From Oscillospiraceae bacterium (GTDB lineage Bacteria > Bacillota > Clostridia > Oscillospirales > Oscillospiraceae), in the NCBI GenBank assembly GCA_017508045.1, contig JAFVZT010000031.1, forward strand, positions 8,305 to 72,304: a stretch of 64,000 nucleotides of DNA. Reading direction: 5' to 3'. Under the pieces are notes generated by a model that searched no databases, was not told the origin of the DNA, and saw only the letters and a program-made list of their open reading frames with translations. The translations under genes and the position numbers were made by a program. Positions 42,105 through 51,823 of the stretch are shown here, one piece after another. The stretch's first letter is position 1. Each line of letters starts with the position of its first letter.

Positions 42105-43049
42105 ATGAATCAGATTCCTGTTTATGCGTTTACCGGTTTTCTGGATTCCGGAAAAACAAAATTTATACAAGAAACTTTGGAGGATCCGAGATTTAATGCC
42201 GGCGAACGCACCCTGCTGTTGATATTTGAGGAGGGAGAGGAGGAATATGACTTCTCCAACTATCCTTTTAAGAACGTATTTATGGAAGTAGTTGATCAGG
42301 AAACAGTGACAACCAAAGAGCTGCAGGCTATGGCAAAGAAATGTCACGCACAGCGCGTGGTGGCAGAGCTTAACGGTATGCAGCTGGTGGGGGACATCTA
42401 TAGCCGTTTTCCGGAGGAATGGGTAGTTGCACAAGAGGTTATGTTTGCCGACAGCAACACCATTATGGCATACAATGCAAATATGCGTAATCTGGTGATG
42501 GACAAGCTGGTAGGCGGTCAAATGGTCGTGTTTAATCGACTTACACCCGGCACTGACACCACTCCCTTCCACAAGCTCGCCAGAGCCGCTAACAGACGAA
42601 TTGATATTCTTTATGATTATACTGACGGCACAACCGCTTATGACGATGTGGAGGATCCTCTGCCTTTTGACATACAAGCGCCTGTCATTGAAATTAAGGA
42701 TGAAGACTATGCCCTTTGGTATCGGGATGTGACAGAGGAGCCGCTAAAGTATGACGGAAAGACTGTATCTTTTAAGGCGCAGGTAGCACTATTGCGCCGG
42801 GCAAAGAGCAATATGTTTGCACCCGGCCGGTTTGTGATGACTTGCTGTGTTGATGATATACAATTTTGTGGTGTTCCTTGTAATTACAAGTATGCATCCG
42901 CGCTGGTACCCAGGGAGTGGATTCACCTTACTGCAACGATAAAGGTGGAAAATCATCCGGTTTATAAAGGGGAGCTTGGTCCTGTGCTAACTGCAATTAA
43001 TGTTGAAGGCGGAGCTGCGCCTGCTCAGCCAGATGTTGCGACATTCTAA
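42105..43049 (+). CDS. CobW-associated GTPase-like protein with TIGR03943/DUF1980-like C-terminus
   Basis: GFLDSGKT, EEG, C-terminal GRFVMTCCVDD. Confidence 0.7.
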   Translation: MNQIPVYAFTGFLDSGKTKFIQETLEDPRFNAGERTLLLIFEEGEEEYDFSNYPFKNVFMEVVDQETVTTKELQAMAKKCHAQRVVAELNGMQLVGDIYSRFPEEWVVAQEVMFADSNTIMAYNANMRNLVMDKLVGGQMVVFNRLTPGTDTTPFHKLARAANRRIDILYDYTDGTTAYDDVEDPLPFDIQAPVIEIKDEDYALWYRDVTEEPLKYDGKTVSFKAQVALLRRAKSNMFAPGRFVMTCCVDDIQFCGVPCNYKYASALVPREWIHLTATIKVENHPVYKGELGPVLTAINVEGGAAPAQPDVATF

Positions 43050-43068
43050 TAGAAGGGAGGGCTGCCAA

Positions 43069-44331
43069 ATGTATCAGCCCCTTGCCGATATTCTGCGCCC
43101 TCAGACGCTGGATGAGGTATACGGTCAGGAGCATATTTTGGGAAAAGGTGCTGTATTGCGTCGACTGGTTGATTCCGGCAATGTTCCTAATATGATTTTT
43201 TATGGTCCCAGCGGTACGGGGAAAACCACAGTTGCAAATATTATTGCGAAGCAGACAAACCGTACACTATTCCAGCTCAACGCAACGACTGCATCGACAT
43301 CCGATATAAAAAATATTATTGCCCAGTTGGATACCTTTATGGCACCCAATGGTGTGCTTTTGTATTTAGATGAAATACAGTCCTTTAATAAAAAACAACA
43401 GCAGTCATTGCTTGAGTATATTGAGAACGGCAAAATTACGCTAATAGCATCGACTACTGAAAACCCTTATTTCTATGTGTTTAATGCCATATTGAGCCGT
43501 TCAACTGTATTTGAATTTAAGCAGATTTCTGCCGGTGCAGCTTTGCAGGCGGTCAAGCGCGCAGTATCATATTTGGAGAATCGAAATGGTGTTACCGCCC
43601 GGCCGGAGGATGGAGCATTAGAATATATTGCCGGCGCTTGCGGCGGTGATTTGCGAAAAGCGATGAATGCAGTTGAGGTGCTGTTCTCTGCTTCGGTAAA
43701 CAGCGAGACAGATATTGTACTTAAGCTGGAGGATGCAAAGGCGGTTACACAAAAAAGTGCATTGCGGGCTGATCGGGATGGGGATAATTACTATGACTTA
43801 TTATCTGCATTACAGAAGAGTATTCGCGGGTCAGACCCGGATGCGGCTGTTCACTACCTTGCGCGGCTTTTAGAGGCCGGACAGCTGCAGTCTGCCTGCC
43901 GTCGTCTTATGGTAATTGCAGCTGAAGATATCGGCTTGGCGTATCCGATGATCATTCCCATTGTCAATGCCAGCGTGGATATGGCGTTAAGGCTGGGGAT
44001 GCCGGAAGCACGGATTGCTTTGGGCGATGCGGCTGTTTTGATGGCTACATCACCGAAGTCCAACACCGGACATATTGCGCTGGATGCTGCAATAGAGGAC
44101 GTTCGCAAAGGGCGTGGCGGTGATTTTCCCCGGCACTTGCAAAACGTTCACGCTGATACCTATACACAGGAGCGTGAGCAGGGATACCAATATCCGCATA
44201 ATTATCCCAACCGTTGGGTGCGTCAGCAATATCTGCCGGACGAACTTGTAGGAACAAGATATTATACCTACGGTGAAAACAAGCTGGAACAGGCGGCGAA
44301 ACAGTATTGGGATGCCATTAAGGGGGAGTAA
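43069..44331 (+). CDS. rarA: Replication-associated recombination protein A
   Basis: PLADILRP, GPSGTGKT, LDEI, TTENP, KSIRGSDPDAA, EDIGLA. Confidence 0.95.
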   Translation: MYQPLADILRPQTLDEVYGQEHILGKGAVLRRLVDSGNVPNMIFYGPSGTGKTTVANIIAKQTNRTLFQLNATTASTSDIKNIIAQLDTFMAPNGVLLYLDEIQSFNKKQQQSLLEYIENGKITLIASTTENPYFYVFNAILSRSTVFEFKQISAGAALQAVKRAVSYLENRNGVTARPEDGALEYIAGACGGDLRKAMNAVEVLFSASVNSETDIVLKLEDAKAVTQKSALRADRDGDNYYDLLSALQKSIRGSDPDAAVHYLARLLEAGQLQSACRRLMVIAAEDIGLAYPMIIPIVNASVDMALRLGMPEARIALGDAAVLMATSPKSNTGHIALDAAIEDVRKGRGGDFPRHLQNVHADTYTQEREQGYQYPHNYPNRWVRQQYLPDELVGTRYYTYGENKLEQAAKQYWDAIKGE

Positions 44332-44332
44332 G

Positions 44333-44536
44333 ATGGATATTCGCATTGGTGATATCTTGATTATGAAAAAGGCGCACCCATGTGGAGAAAAGCGCTGGCA
44401 CGTATTGCGCACGGGAGCGGATTTCCGCCTTCGTTGCATTGGGTGCAATCACGAGATAATGGTACCACGGTTTAAGGCAGAAAAAAATCTTCGCGGCGTT
44501 GAGCGTGAAGAAGCGACAAATACAAGCGACAGCTGA
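44333..44536 (+). CDS. DUF951 family protein
   Basis: MKKAHPCG..W..R.GADFRLRC.GC. Confidence 0.9.
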   Translation: MDIRIGDILIMKKAHPCGEKRWHVLRTGADFRLRCIGCNHEIMVPRFKAEKNLRGVEREEATNTSDS

Positions 44537-44559
44537 TAAAAACAGCTGTCGCTTTTTAT
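44525..44559 (+). terminator. Intrinsic terminator
   Basis: AAGCGACAGCTG / CAGCTGTCGCTT followed by T-run. Confidence 0.75.
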
Positions 44560-44692
44560 TTATTCAGATAAATTCTTTTTAAAATTGGCAGATACAACGA
44601 CGATAATTGCGTTATAGCCTACAGATGATGTGACGATTTTTTTCCATCGCAATGACTATACTGAAGGTACAACCTGAGCAGGGGGTGGAGGT

Positions 44693-45466
44693 ATGACCGT
44701 CTATTTGGATTTGGTTTGTATCATAAATTTTATCGTAGACTTTCTTTTATTATTAGGTACAAGCAGACTGTGTGGCTATCCCCTCGGCTGGAAAAGAATA
44801 TCTCTGGCGGCAGCACTGGGCGGCATATATGGCGGCATATGTTTATTTCCGAGATTGTATTTCCTGGGAAATCTAATTTGGAGGGTAATTGTTCTTGGAT
44901 TAATGAGTATGATCGCATTTGGCATTAGCATCAGCGCAGTACGGCGGGGGATGGTTTTTGTGTTGCTAAGTATGGCATTGGGTGGTATTTCTGTCGGAAT
45001 TGGCAATGGCAGCATATTGTCTTTAATTGCGGCGCTTGGCGGGGTATGCATTTTATGTCTATCCGGTTTCCGTCATAGCCTTGGGAGTGTTACATATCTT
45101 CCTGTTGAACTGTCTTATGGGGATTGCCGCCTGCACCTGATAGCGCTGCAGGACACAGGAAATGCACTGAAAGATCCAATTACCGGCAAGTCAATATTGA
45201 TTGTAAGCGCAGACGCTGCCCAGAAGCTTACGGGCTTAACCCTGCAGCAACTGCGCAGTCCGGTAGATGCGATATCCAAGGCAATATTACCGGGATTGCG
45301 CCTTGTTCCGTATAAAGCAATCGGACAATCTGCTGGTCTGCTGTTAGCAATGCGATTGCAGAATGTGAAAATTGGAAAGTGGCAAGGAAGCTCTCTGGTT
45401 GCATTTGCACCGGATGGCTTAAGTAGGGAAGATGCGTATCAGGCATTGACGGGGGTGATATTATGA
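44693..45466 (+). CDS. spoIIGA: Sigma-E processing peptidase
   Basis: YLD..INF..DFLLL, multi-TM, aspartic motif DTGN, upstream of sigE. Confidence 0.92.
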   Translation: MTVYLDLVCIINFIVDFLLLLGTSRLCGYPLGWKRISLAAALGGIYGGICLFPRLYFLGNLIWRVIVLGLMSMIAFGISISAVRRGMVFVLLSMALGGISVGIGNGSILSLIAALGGVCILCLSGFRHSLGSVTYLPVELSYGDCRLHLIALQDTGNALKDPITGKSILIVSADAAQKLTGLTLQQLRSPVDAISKAILPGLRLVPYKAIGQSAGLLLAMRLQNVKIGKWQGSSLVAFAPDGLSREDAYQALTGVIL

Positions 45467-46173
45467 ATCAAAAATTGTTGAATTTTCTTATAAAAATCGG
45501 ACTTGTCCATTCGGACGAAATATACTATATCGGAGGAGCAGATGTGTTACCGTCGCCTTTAAAGGGCGATCAGGAACAGGAGGCCTTGGAGCGATTGGAG
45601 AGAGGGGATGAGGATGCAAAGCAACTTCTGATTGAGCGAAATCTTCGTCTCGTTGTTTTCATTGCGCGGCGGTTTGAAAATACCGGCGTTAACCTTGAGG
45701 ACTTGATTTCTATCGGAACAATCGGTCTGATTAAAGCGGTGGACACCTATCGTTTGGATAGGAATATTAAGCTGGCTACCTACGCATCTAGGTGTGTAGA
45801 GAACGAGATACTGATGCACATACGTAAAATTTCAAACCAAAAAACAGAGGTTTCTTTGGATGAGCCGATTAATATGGATTATGATGGTAATGAACTGCTC
45901 TTGTCGGATATATTGGGAACAGATGAAGATATGATACAACGTCCGTTGGAGGATGCGGTTGATTTGCGCGTATTAAAGCAGGCAGTAGAGGAATTGCCGG
46001 AGAGGGAGCGACAAATCGTACTAATGCGCTTTGGGCTCGATGGGCACCAGGAACTCACACAGAAAGAAGTTGCTGAAAAAATGGGAATATCACAGTCCTA
46101 TATATCAAGATTAGAGAAAAGAATTATGTCCAGATTACGCAAGGAATTGATTAGGCAAACAAGCTGTGTATAA
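45463..46173 (+). CDS. sigE: Sporulation sigma factor SigE
   Basis: Pro-sequence [46 protein letters not shown]. Confidence 0.95.
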   Translation: MNQKLLNFLIKIGLVHSDEIYYIGGADVLPSPLKGDQEQEALERLERGDEDAKQLLIERNLRLVVFIARRFENTGVNLEDLISIGTIGLIKAVDTYRLDRNIKLATYASRCVENEILMHIRKISNQKTEVSLDEPINMDYDGNELLLSDILGTDEDMIQRPLEDAVDLRVLKQAVEELPERERQIVLMRFGLDGHQELTQKEVAEKMGISQSYISRLEKRIMSRLRKELIRQTSCV

Positions 46174-46266
46174 ATATTTGTATTGATACTTGTAATTTTG
46201 CAGAATTCTTGTTATAATCAGTATAAAATTATATCGATATGATTCTATACCGAAAGGATACTGATT

Positions 46267-46902
46267 ATGAAAAGCAAGGAAATTTCTAAAGTTGTACTGA
46301 AACGCTTGCCCAGTTATCTTGCATATCTGAAAAGCTTACCGGATGATGCATCTCCCTATATGTCTGCCACCGGGCTTGCCAATGCCTTGGGTATGGGAGA
46401 GGTACAGGTGCGTAAGGATCTGGCATTAGTTTCTTCCGGAGGCCGTCCGAAAATCGGATATCTTCGTGAAAATCTTATTGAAGATATCAGTCAGTTCCTA
46501 GGTTATGACAATACAACCGATGCAATTTTAGTCGGAGCCGGCAAGCTGGGCCAGGCGTTGCTTGGCTATAGCGGATTTGCTGCATATGGTTTGAATATTT
46601 TGGCTGCTTTTGATGCGAGGCCGACAACTGCGGCGATAGATGGAAAAGACATATTTTCTATGGACAAGCTCGAAGGATTCTGCCGGTCGCGCAAGGTGCT
46701 TATGGCGATTATCACAGTTCCTGCTGAATATGCACAAGAGATATGCGATAAGCTGATCGCGTGTGGCATTAAGGGCATTTGGAATTTTGCGCCCATACAT
46801 TTGGATGTGCCGGCTAACATTTTAGTGCAGAATGAAAATATGGCAACCTCTTTAGCGGTACTATCGATGCATCTGCAGGCGCAAATAAAAGAAAAGAAGT
46901 AA
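46267..46902 (+). CDS. rex: Rex-family redox-sensing repressor
   Basis: KRLPSY, QVRKDL, GAGKLG, IWNFAP. Confidence 0.85.
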   Translation: MKSKEISKVVLKRLPSYLAYLKSLPDDASPYMSATGLANALGMGEVQVRKDLALVSSGGRPKIGYLRENLIEDISQFLGYDNTTDAILVGAGKLGQALLGYSGFAAYGLNILAAFDARPTTAAIDGKDIFSMDKLEGFCRSRKVLMAIITVPAEYAQEICDKLIACGIKGIWNFAPIHLDVPANILVQNENMATSLAVLSMHLQAQIKEKK

Positions 46903-46925
46903 CAGTATAAACGTATTTGAAAATT

Positions 46926-46956
46926 AATGCCCCTCTTCTGTGAAGAGGGGCATTAC
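46926..46956. terminator. Bidirectional terminator
   Basis: TAATGCCCCTCTT / AAGAGGGGCATTA. Confidence 0.75.
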
Positions 46957-46961
46957 CTTTA

Positions 46962-49055
46962 TTAGTAGAATAAAAGATCGGAGTAAGTAGGGTAGGGCCA
47001 ATATTCCTTGGCAGTGAGGGTCTCCAGTAAATCTGCACACTCACGAACGGCTTGCATATCCTGGACAATAACCGTGCTGTTATAGTTTGCTGCCGCGGAA
47101 CTGTCAAGCGGAACTGCTTTGGTATCGGAACACAGCTTTTCGGTAACTTCGTATAATGTATCACAGCAGTCTGAAATACGCTGTACAAGGGCTTTTTCCG
47201 CAGAGGCCTTAATTGTGCCTTGCGATGCAGCTCGTTTTCTGTTAATTCCATCAGCCAAATCCGAGGAATACCTTAAAGCTGCAGGAAGAATCTGGTGCAT
47301 AACCATATCGACCATTGTTCTGGCCTCGATGATAATAAGCTTATTGTAGGCCTCCAGATGAATTTCCTGCCGGGCTTGGAACTCAGCTTCTGTAAAGATG
47401 CCGTGTTTTGTGACAAGCTCAATATTCTTTTGACTTGCATAGTTTGGAAGCGCCTCGGCCGTATTGCGAAGATTGCTTAAGCCGCGTTTTGCTGCCTCGT
47501 CTTTCCATTCCTCGGAATAGCCGTTACCATTAAAAATGATCCGCTGATGCTGAGTAAGGGTGTCACAGACAAGTTTTTGCAATGCCAAATCAAAATCATC
47601 GGCTTTTTCCAGAATATCTGCAAACTTGCTTAGCTCTTCAGCCATAATGGTATTTAGGGCAATGTTTGGACCGGCAATTGATTGGGAAGAACCCAGCATA
47701 CGGAACTCAAATTTATTACCGGTAAATGCAATGGGAGATGTGCGGTTTCGGTCTGTAGTATCCTTAGGAATGGAAGGAAGAACATCAACACCGATGCGCA
47801 TAAGACTCTTTTGAGGCTCAGTATAGTTGGTGCCGTTAATAATTGAATCCACAACAGCAGTTAATTCGTCTCCTAAAAAGATGGAGATGATTGCAGGCGG
47901 CGCTTCATTCGCACCCAAGCGATGGTCGTTTCCGGCAAAAGCAACCGTGCAGCGCAGGAAATCCTGATATTCATCAATGCCCTTTATGAATGCGGCAAGG
48001 AATACAAGAAACTGTGCATTCTGACGAGGTGTCTGACCCGGCTTAAATAGATTTTTACCGGAATCTGTACACAGTGACCAGTTATTGTGTTTACCGGACC
48101 CGTTGACACCGGCAAAGGGTTTTTCGTGAAGAAGGCAGACTAAATCATGCTTTGCGGCGCATTTTTTCATGACCATCATTGTTAACTGGTTTGCATCGCA
48201 GGCGTTGCTGGCATCCGTAAAGATCGGAGCGAGCTCGTGCTGACAGGGTGCGCCCTCATTGTGCTTGGTTTTGGATAACACACCTAAGCGCCAGAGCTGC
48301 ACATCCAGGTCACTCATAAATTTGGAAACGCGTGTCCGAATAGCGCCAAAATAGTGGTCGTCAAGCTCCTGACCTTTAGGCGGAGTGGCGCCAAACAGGG
48401 TTCTTCCTGTTAATCGTAAATCCTCACGTTGTGCATAGCTTGTTCTGGGGATTAAGAAGTACTCCTGTTCTGCACCGACAGATACCTGAACGCGTTTTGT
48501 CTCCGTATCACCAAATAACCGCAGAATTCGTACAGTTTCCCGGGACACCTCGTCGATTGAACGCAGCAGGGGCGTCTTCTTATCCAGAGCCTCGCCGGTA
48601 TATGAGAAGAAACAGGTAGGTATGTAAAGGCTTCCATCCTTCACAAAGGCAAACGATGTGGGGTCCCATGCTGTGTAACCTCTTGCTTCAAAGGTTGCAC
48701 GCAAACCACCGGAGGGGAAGGAGGACGCATCCGGCTCTCCACGCACCAATTCCTTTCCGGAGAATTCCATAATAACCCTGCCTTCACCGTCAGCGGATAT
48801 GAAGGAGTCGTGCTTTTCAGCAGTAATGCCGGTCATGGGCTGGAACCAGTGTGTGTAGTGTGTTGCACCTTTTTCAACTGCCCAGTTTTTCATAGCTTCG
48901 GCAATAGCATTTGCTGTGTTAAGCTCTAACGGTGTTCCGTTTTGAATACATTGCTTCCATACATTATAATCTTCCACCGACAGACGCTGTTTCATAGTAG
49001 CCTCATTAAAAACATCGCTGCCGAATATTTCTGGGACACAGACACAGTGATGCAT
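46962..49055 (-). CDS. Glutamine synthetase type III
   Basis: HYTHWFQP, EPDASSFPSGGLR, HEKPFAGVNGSGKHNN, DRNRTSP..FTGNKFEFR. Confidence 0.95.
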   Translation of the reverse strand: MHHCVCVPEIFGSDVFNEATMKQRLSVEDYNVWKQCIQNGTPLELNTANAIAEAMKNWAVEKGATHYTHWFQPMTGITAEKHDSFISADGEGRVIMEFSGKELVRGEPDASSFPSGGLRATFEARGYTAWDPTSFAFVKDGSLYIPTCFFSYTGEALDKKTPLLRSIDEVSRETVRILRLFGDTETKRVQVSVGAEQEYFLIPRTSYAQREDLRLTGRTLFGATPPKGQELDDHYFGAIRTRVSKFMSDLDVQLWRLGVLSKTKHNEGAPCQHELAPIFTDASNACDANQLTMMVMKKCAAKHDLVCLLHEKPFAGVNGSGKHNNWSLCTDSGKNLFKPGQTPRQNAQFLVFLAAFIKGIDEYQDFLRCTVAFAGNDHRLGANEAPPAIISIFLGDELTAVVDSIINGTNYTEPQKSLMRIGVDVLPSIPKDTTDRNRTSPIAFTGNKFEFRMLGSSQSIAGPNIALNTIMAEELSKFADILEKADDFDLALQKLVCDTLTQHQRIIFNGNGYSEEWKDEAAKRGLSNLRNTAEALPNYASQKNIELVTKHGIFTEAEFQARQEIHLEAYNKLIIIEARTMVDMVMHQILPAALRYSSDLADGINRKRAASQGTIKASAEKALVQRISDCCDTLYEVTEKLCSDTKAVPLDSSAAANYNSTVIVQDMQAVRECADLLETLTAKEYWPYPTYSDLLFY

Positions 49056-49290
49056 ATGGACACAACCTTTCATAATTATTTTTAGCACATATTTATTCAC
49101 TCTAAATTTTATGACATTAGGGCTCAAAATGCAAGTAAAATATTAACTAAAATTCCAGCGGACTTTAGATGTAGTTTGTATAAAATTACAAAACAAATGA
49201 TAAAACGACTTTTTTGTAAAATAGATATTGTAATTTTGCAAGTTGCAAGCTATAATAATTCATATTTGTCATATTGGGATGTGTGTAATT

Positions 49291-50568
49291 ATGAGTAAAT
49301 ATGCAGAGAAAACAGTTGCAGAGCTTGAACAGGAGTATCGCGCCGTTGTTGCTGAATTTGAAAGCAGCAAGGCTAAAAATCTCAAATTGAATATGGCAAG
49401 AGGAAAGCCTTCAAAACAGCAATTAGATGCGGTCAGTGATTTGCTGGAGGTGGTAGCGTCCTCTGACGAGTGTGATATTGACGGTGTTGACATCCGTAAT
49501 TACGGCGAGCTATCCGGATTGAACTGCGCTAGGGAATATTGGGCAGATGTGCTGGACTGCAAGCCGCAGCAAGTTTTCTTGGGCGGAACCTCCAGCTTAA
49601 ACCTTATGTTCGATGTAATCTCCAGAGCATATAGCCACGGCCTTTCCTGCAGTACTCGTCCATGGAGTCAAGAGGACACAGTCAAGTTTTTATGCCCCAG
49701 CCCTGGATATGACCGCCATTTTCTGGTTACCGAATTTTTTGGTGCTGAGTTGATTACCGTTCCAATGACCGATAATGGTCCTGATATGAATATTATTGAG
49801 GAATTGGTAAAAGACCCTCAGGTTAAAGGTATTTGGTGTGTTCCTAAATATTCAAATCCTGACGGAATTATTTACTCAGATGAAACGATTCGTCGTTTTG
49901 CAAATTTAAAGCCTGCCGCACCCGATTTCGCAATTATGTGGGATAATGCCTACTGTGTCCATGAGTTTGACGGTGAGTATGTGCCGTTTCCGGACATCAT
50001 TTCCTTATGCGAAGCAGCTGGCAGACCGGATATGGTTTACGAATTTGCTTCGACATCAAAAATTACCTTTGCTGGCTCCGGCATATCGGCAATGGCATCC
50101 TCTGAAAAGAATATCGCATATTTTACTAAGCTTTTTGCAGTGCAAATGATCTCCCACGATAAGGTGAATCAGCTTCGTCATGTTCGCTATCTGCAGAATA
50201 AGGAGCATACTTTAAAGATTATGAAGAAACATGCATCCTATTTGAAGCCGAAGTTTGATATAGTTGCAAAAATTCTTGAGCAGGAAATTAAGCCTCTCGG
50301 TTTTGCACATTGGAACCAACCAAAGGGCGGCTATTTTGTTAGCTTTAACACGATGCCGCATACTGCAGGAAGAGCGCTGGAATTATGCAAGGAGGCTGGT
50401 GTTGTGATGACACCTGCAGGCGCAACCTTCCCTTACGGCAAGGATCCGCAGGACTGTAACATTCGTATCGCACCCAGTTTTCCAACGGTGGATGAATTGA
50501 AGCAAGCTATGGAAATTTTCTGTACATGCATCAAGCTGGCAGCACTGGAAAAGCTTTTAGGTATTTAA
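49291..50568 (+). CDS. PLP-dependent class I/II aminotransferase (aspartate aminotransferase-like)
   Basis: LNMARGKP, PGYDRHF, SNPDG, WDNAY, STSKIT, IRIAP. Confidence 0.9.
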   Translation: MSKYAEKTVAELEQEYRAVVAEFESSKAKNLKLNMARGKPSKQQLDAVSDLLEVVASSDECDIDGVDIRNYGELSGLNCAREYWADVLDCKPQQVFLGGTSSLNLMFDVISRAYSHGLSCSTRPWSQEDTVKFLCPSPGYDRHFLVTEFFGAELITVPMTDNGPDMNIIEELVKDPQVKGIWCVPKYSNPDGIIYSDETIRRFANLKPAAPDFAIMWDNAYCVHEFDGEYVPFPDIISLCEAAGRPDMVYEFASTSKITFAGSGISAMASSEKNIAYFTKLFAVQMISHDKVNQLRHVRYLQNKEHTLKIMKKHASYLKPKFDIVAKILEQEIKPLGFAHWNQPKGGYFVSFNTMPHTAGRALELCKEAGVVMTPAGATFPYGKDPQDCNIRIAPSFPTVDELKQAMEIFCTCIKLAALEKLLGI

Positions 50569-50656
50569 ATTTAACAACCACGGAGCAGCTTAGAGCTGCA
50601 CCGTGGTTGTTTTTATATTTAAAATGTGGTATACTTTTAATGAGGTGGTTTTTACA

Positions 50657-51073
50657 GTGAAAAAAATGACCGAATTTTTTATAAGGAATAAAAAATATAT
50701 CATTTACTTCTTCGTTGGTGTTTTGACAACTATTATAAATTATACGGTATATTTTTTGTTGTACAATATTTACAATTATGCAGCTGTAGTCAGTAATGTT
50801 GCAGCTTGGGTTGTGGCAATTGTTTTTTCTTTTTTTGGCAATAAATTTTTTGTCTTTACCAGCCACAGGTGCTCCCAAAAAGTACTTGCTTCTGAGCTTG
50901 CAAAATTTGTGGGTTGCCGAATTGTATCCGGCGGACTGGAAACTGCAATTGTATTTGTTTCTGCGGATATTTTGAATTTGAACGGACTGATTTGGAAGAT
51001 ATTTTCCAGTATTTTTGTAATAATCTTCAATTATATCAGTAGTGATTTTTTTGTGTTTCGAAATAAAGCTTAA
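50657..51073 (+). CDS. GtrA family membrane protein
   Basis: Y..VG..TT..N, SN..AW, NKFFVF, four TM segments. Confidence 0.9.
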   Translation: MKKMTEFFIRNKKYIIYFFVGVLTTIINYTVYFLLYNIYNYAAVVSNVAAWVVAIVFSFFGNKFFVFTSHRCSQKVLASELAKFVGCRIVSGGLETAIVFVSADILNLNGLIWKIFSSIFVIIFNYISSDFFVFRNKA

Positions 51074-51108
51074 AAATTCCAGTCGGTTTTGAGCCGACTG
51101 GAATTTTT
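51072..51108. terminator. Bidirectional terminator
   Basis: AAAAATTCCAGTCGG / CCGACTGGAATTTTT. Confidence 0.75.
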
Positions 51109-51823
51109 AATCATGTTTGAAAGGTATTTTTGGGTTAGTGAATTCCTCAAGGCGCTGAGTATAAGCCTGCATTGCACTTTCGCGATAGGCGGCCTGAACA
51201 GTTTTACCGGCAAGACCGATAAAATATTCACAAAACAACGGATTAAGCGGAAGAATAGGACCAAGCAATTGTGTGCAAATAAGGTTATTTTTACGCATTC
51301 CTTCAAGCATACTTTTCGTATTAATACCTTCTCCGCGAATACACCTTAAAAAATAACTGTCAGAATTATCTCCGTATAAAAAGCTAAACTGAGATCGGAA
51401 TCCCACAATTTTTAGGTTTTCAAATTCACCCAGCACCATTGCGTTGTAACGATGAAAATAGTCGGTATTGACGGTTAAATCAAAGATACCCAAACCGTCT
51501 ATCTTTATATTTTCCGATACATAGGTGATATGCTTTGCAAAGATTTCACCGGCATTTCCGGTTGCAAGAAACGGTATGCCTTTGTCAATTAATTCAAGCA
51601 ACCGTTCCTTCATCGGGCGCAGCTTCTCGATAACACGACGCTGAGTGCGCTCACTCATACAGCCAATATATATCATATCCGGGTCGTGATCAAAGAAATA
51701 AGGGGTGTCCGTTAACTTCGTAAAAATAAACTGTGCATCCGGAAGCGTTGCCTGCAGGTAGGTAGGATTTTGGCTGTCACCATAGAGGCCGCAGACCTCC
51801 TGAAACAGAATTTCAATAATCAT
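51107..51823 (-). CDS. GatD-like (CobQ-type) glutamine amidotransferase subunit, catalytic residues missing
   Basis: LYGD..N, GLGIFD, IVGF, EG..NNL, GPILP.NP align with GatD; coupled to murT. Confidence 0.8.
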   Translation of the reverse strand: MIIEILFQEVCGLYGDSQNPTYLQATLPDAQFIFTKLTDTPYFFDHDPDMIYIGCMSERTQRRVIEKLRPMKERLLELIDKGIPFLATGNAGEIFAKHITYVSENIKIDGLGIFDLTVNTDYFHRYNAMVLGEFENLKIVGFRSQFSFLYGDNSDSYFLRCIRGEGINTKSMLEGMRKNNLICTQLLGPILPLNPLFCEYFIGLAGKTVQAAYRESAMQAYTQRLEEFTNPKIPFKHD

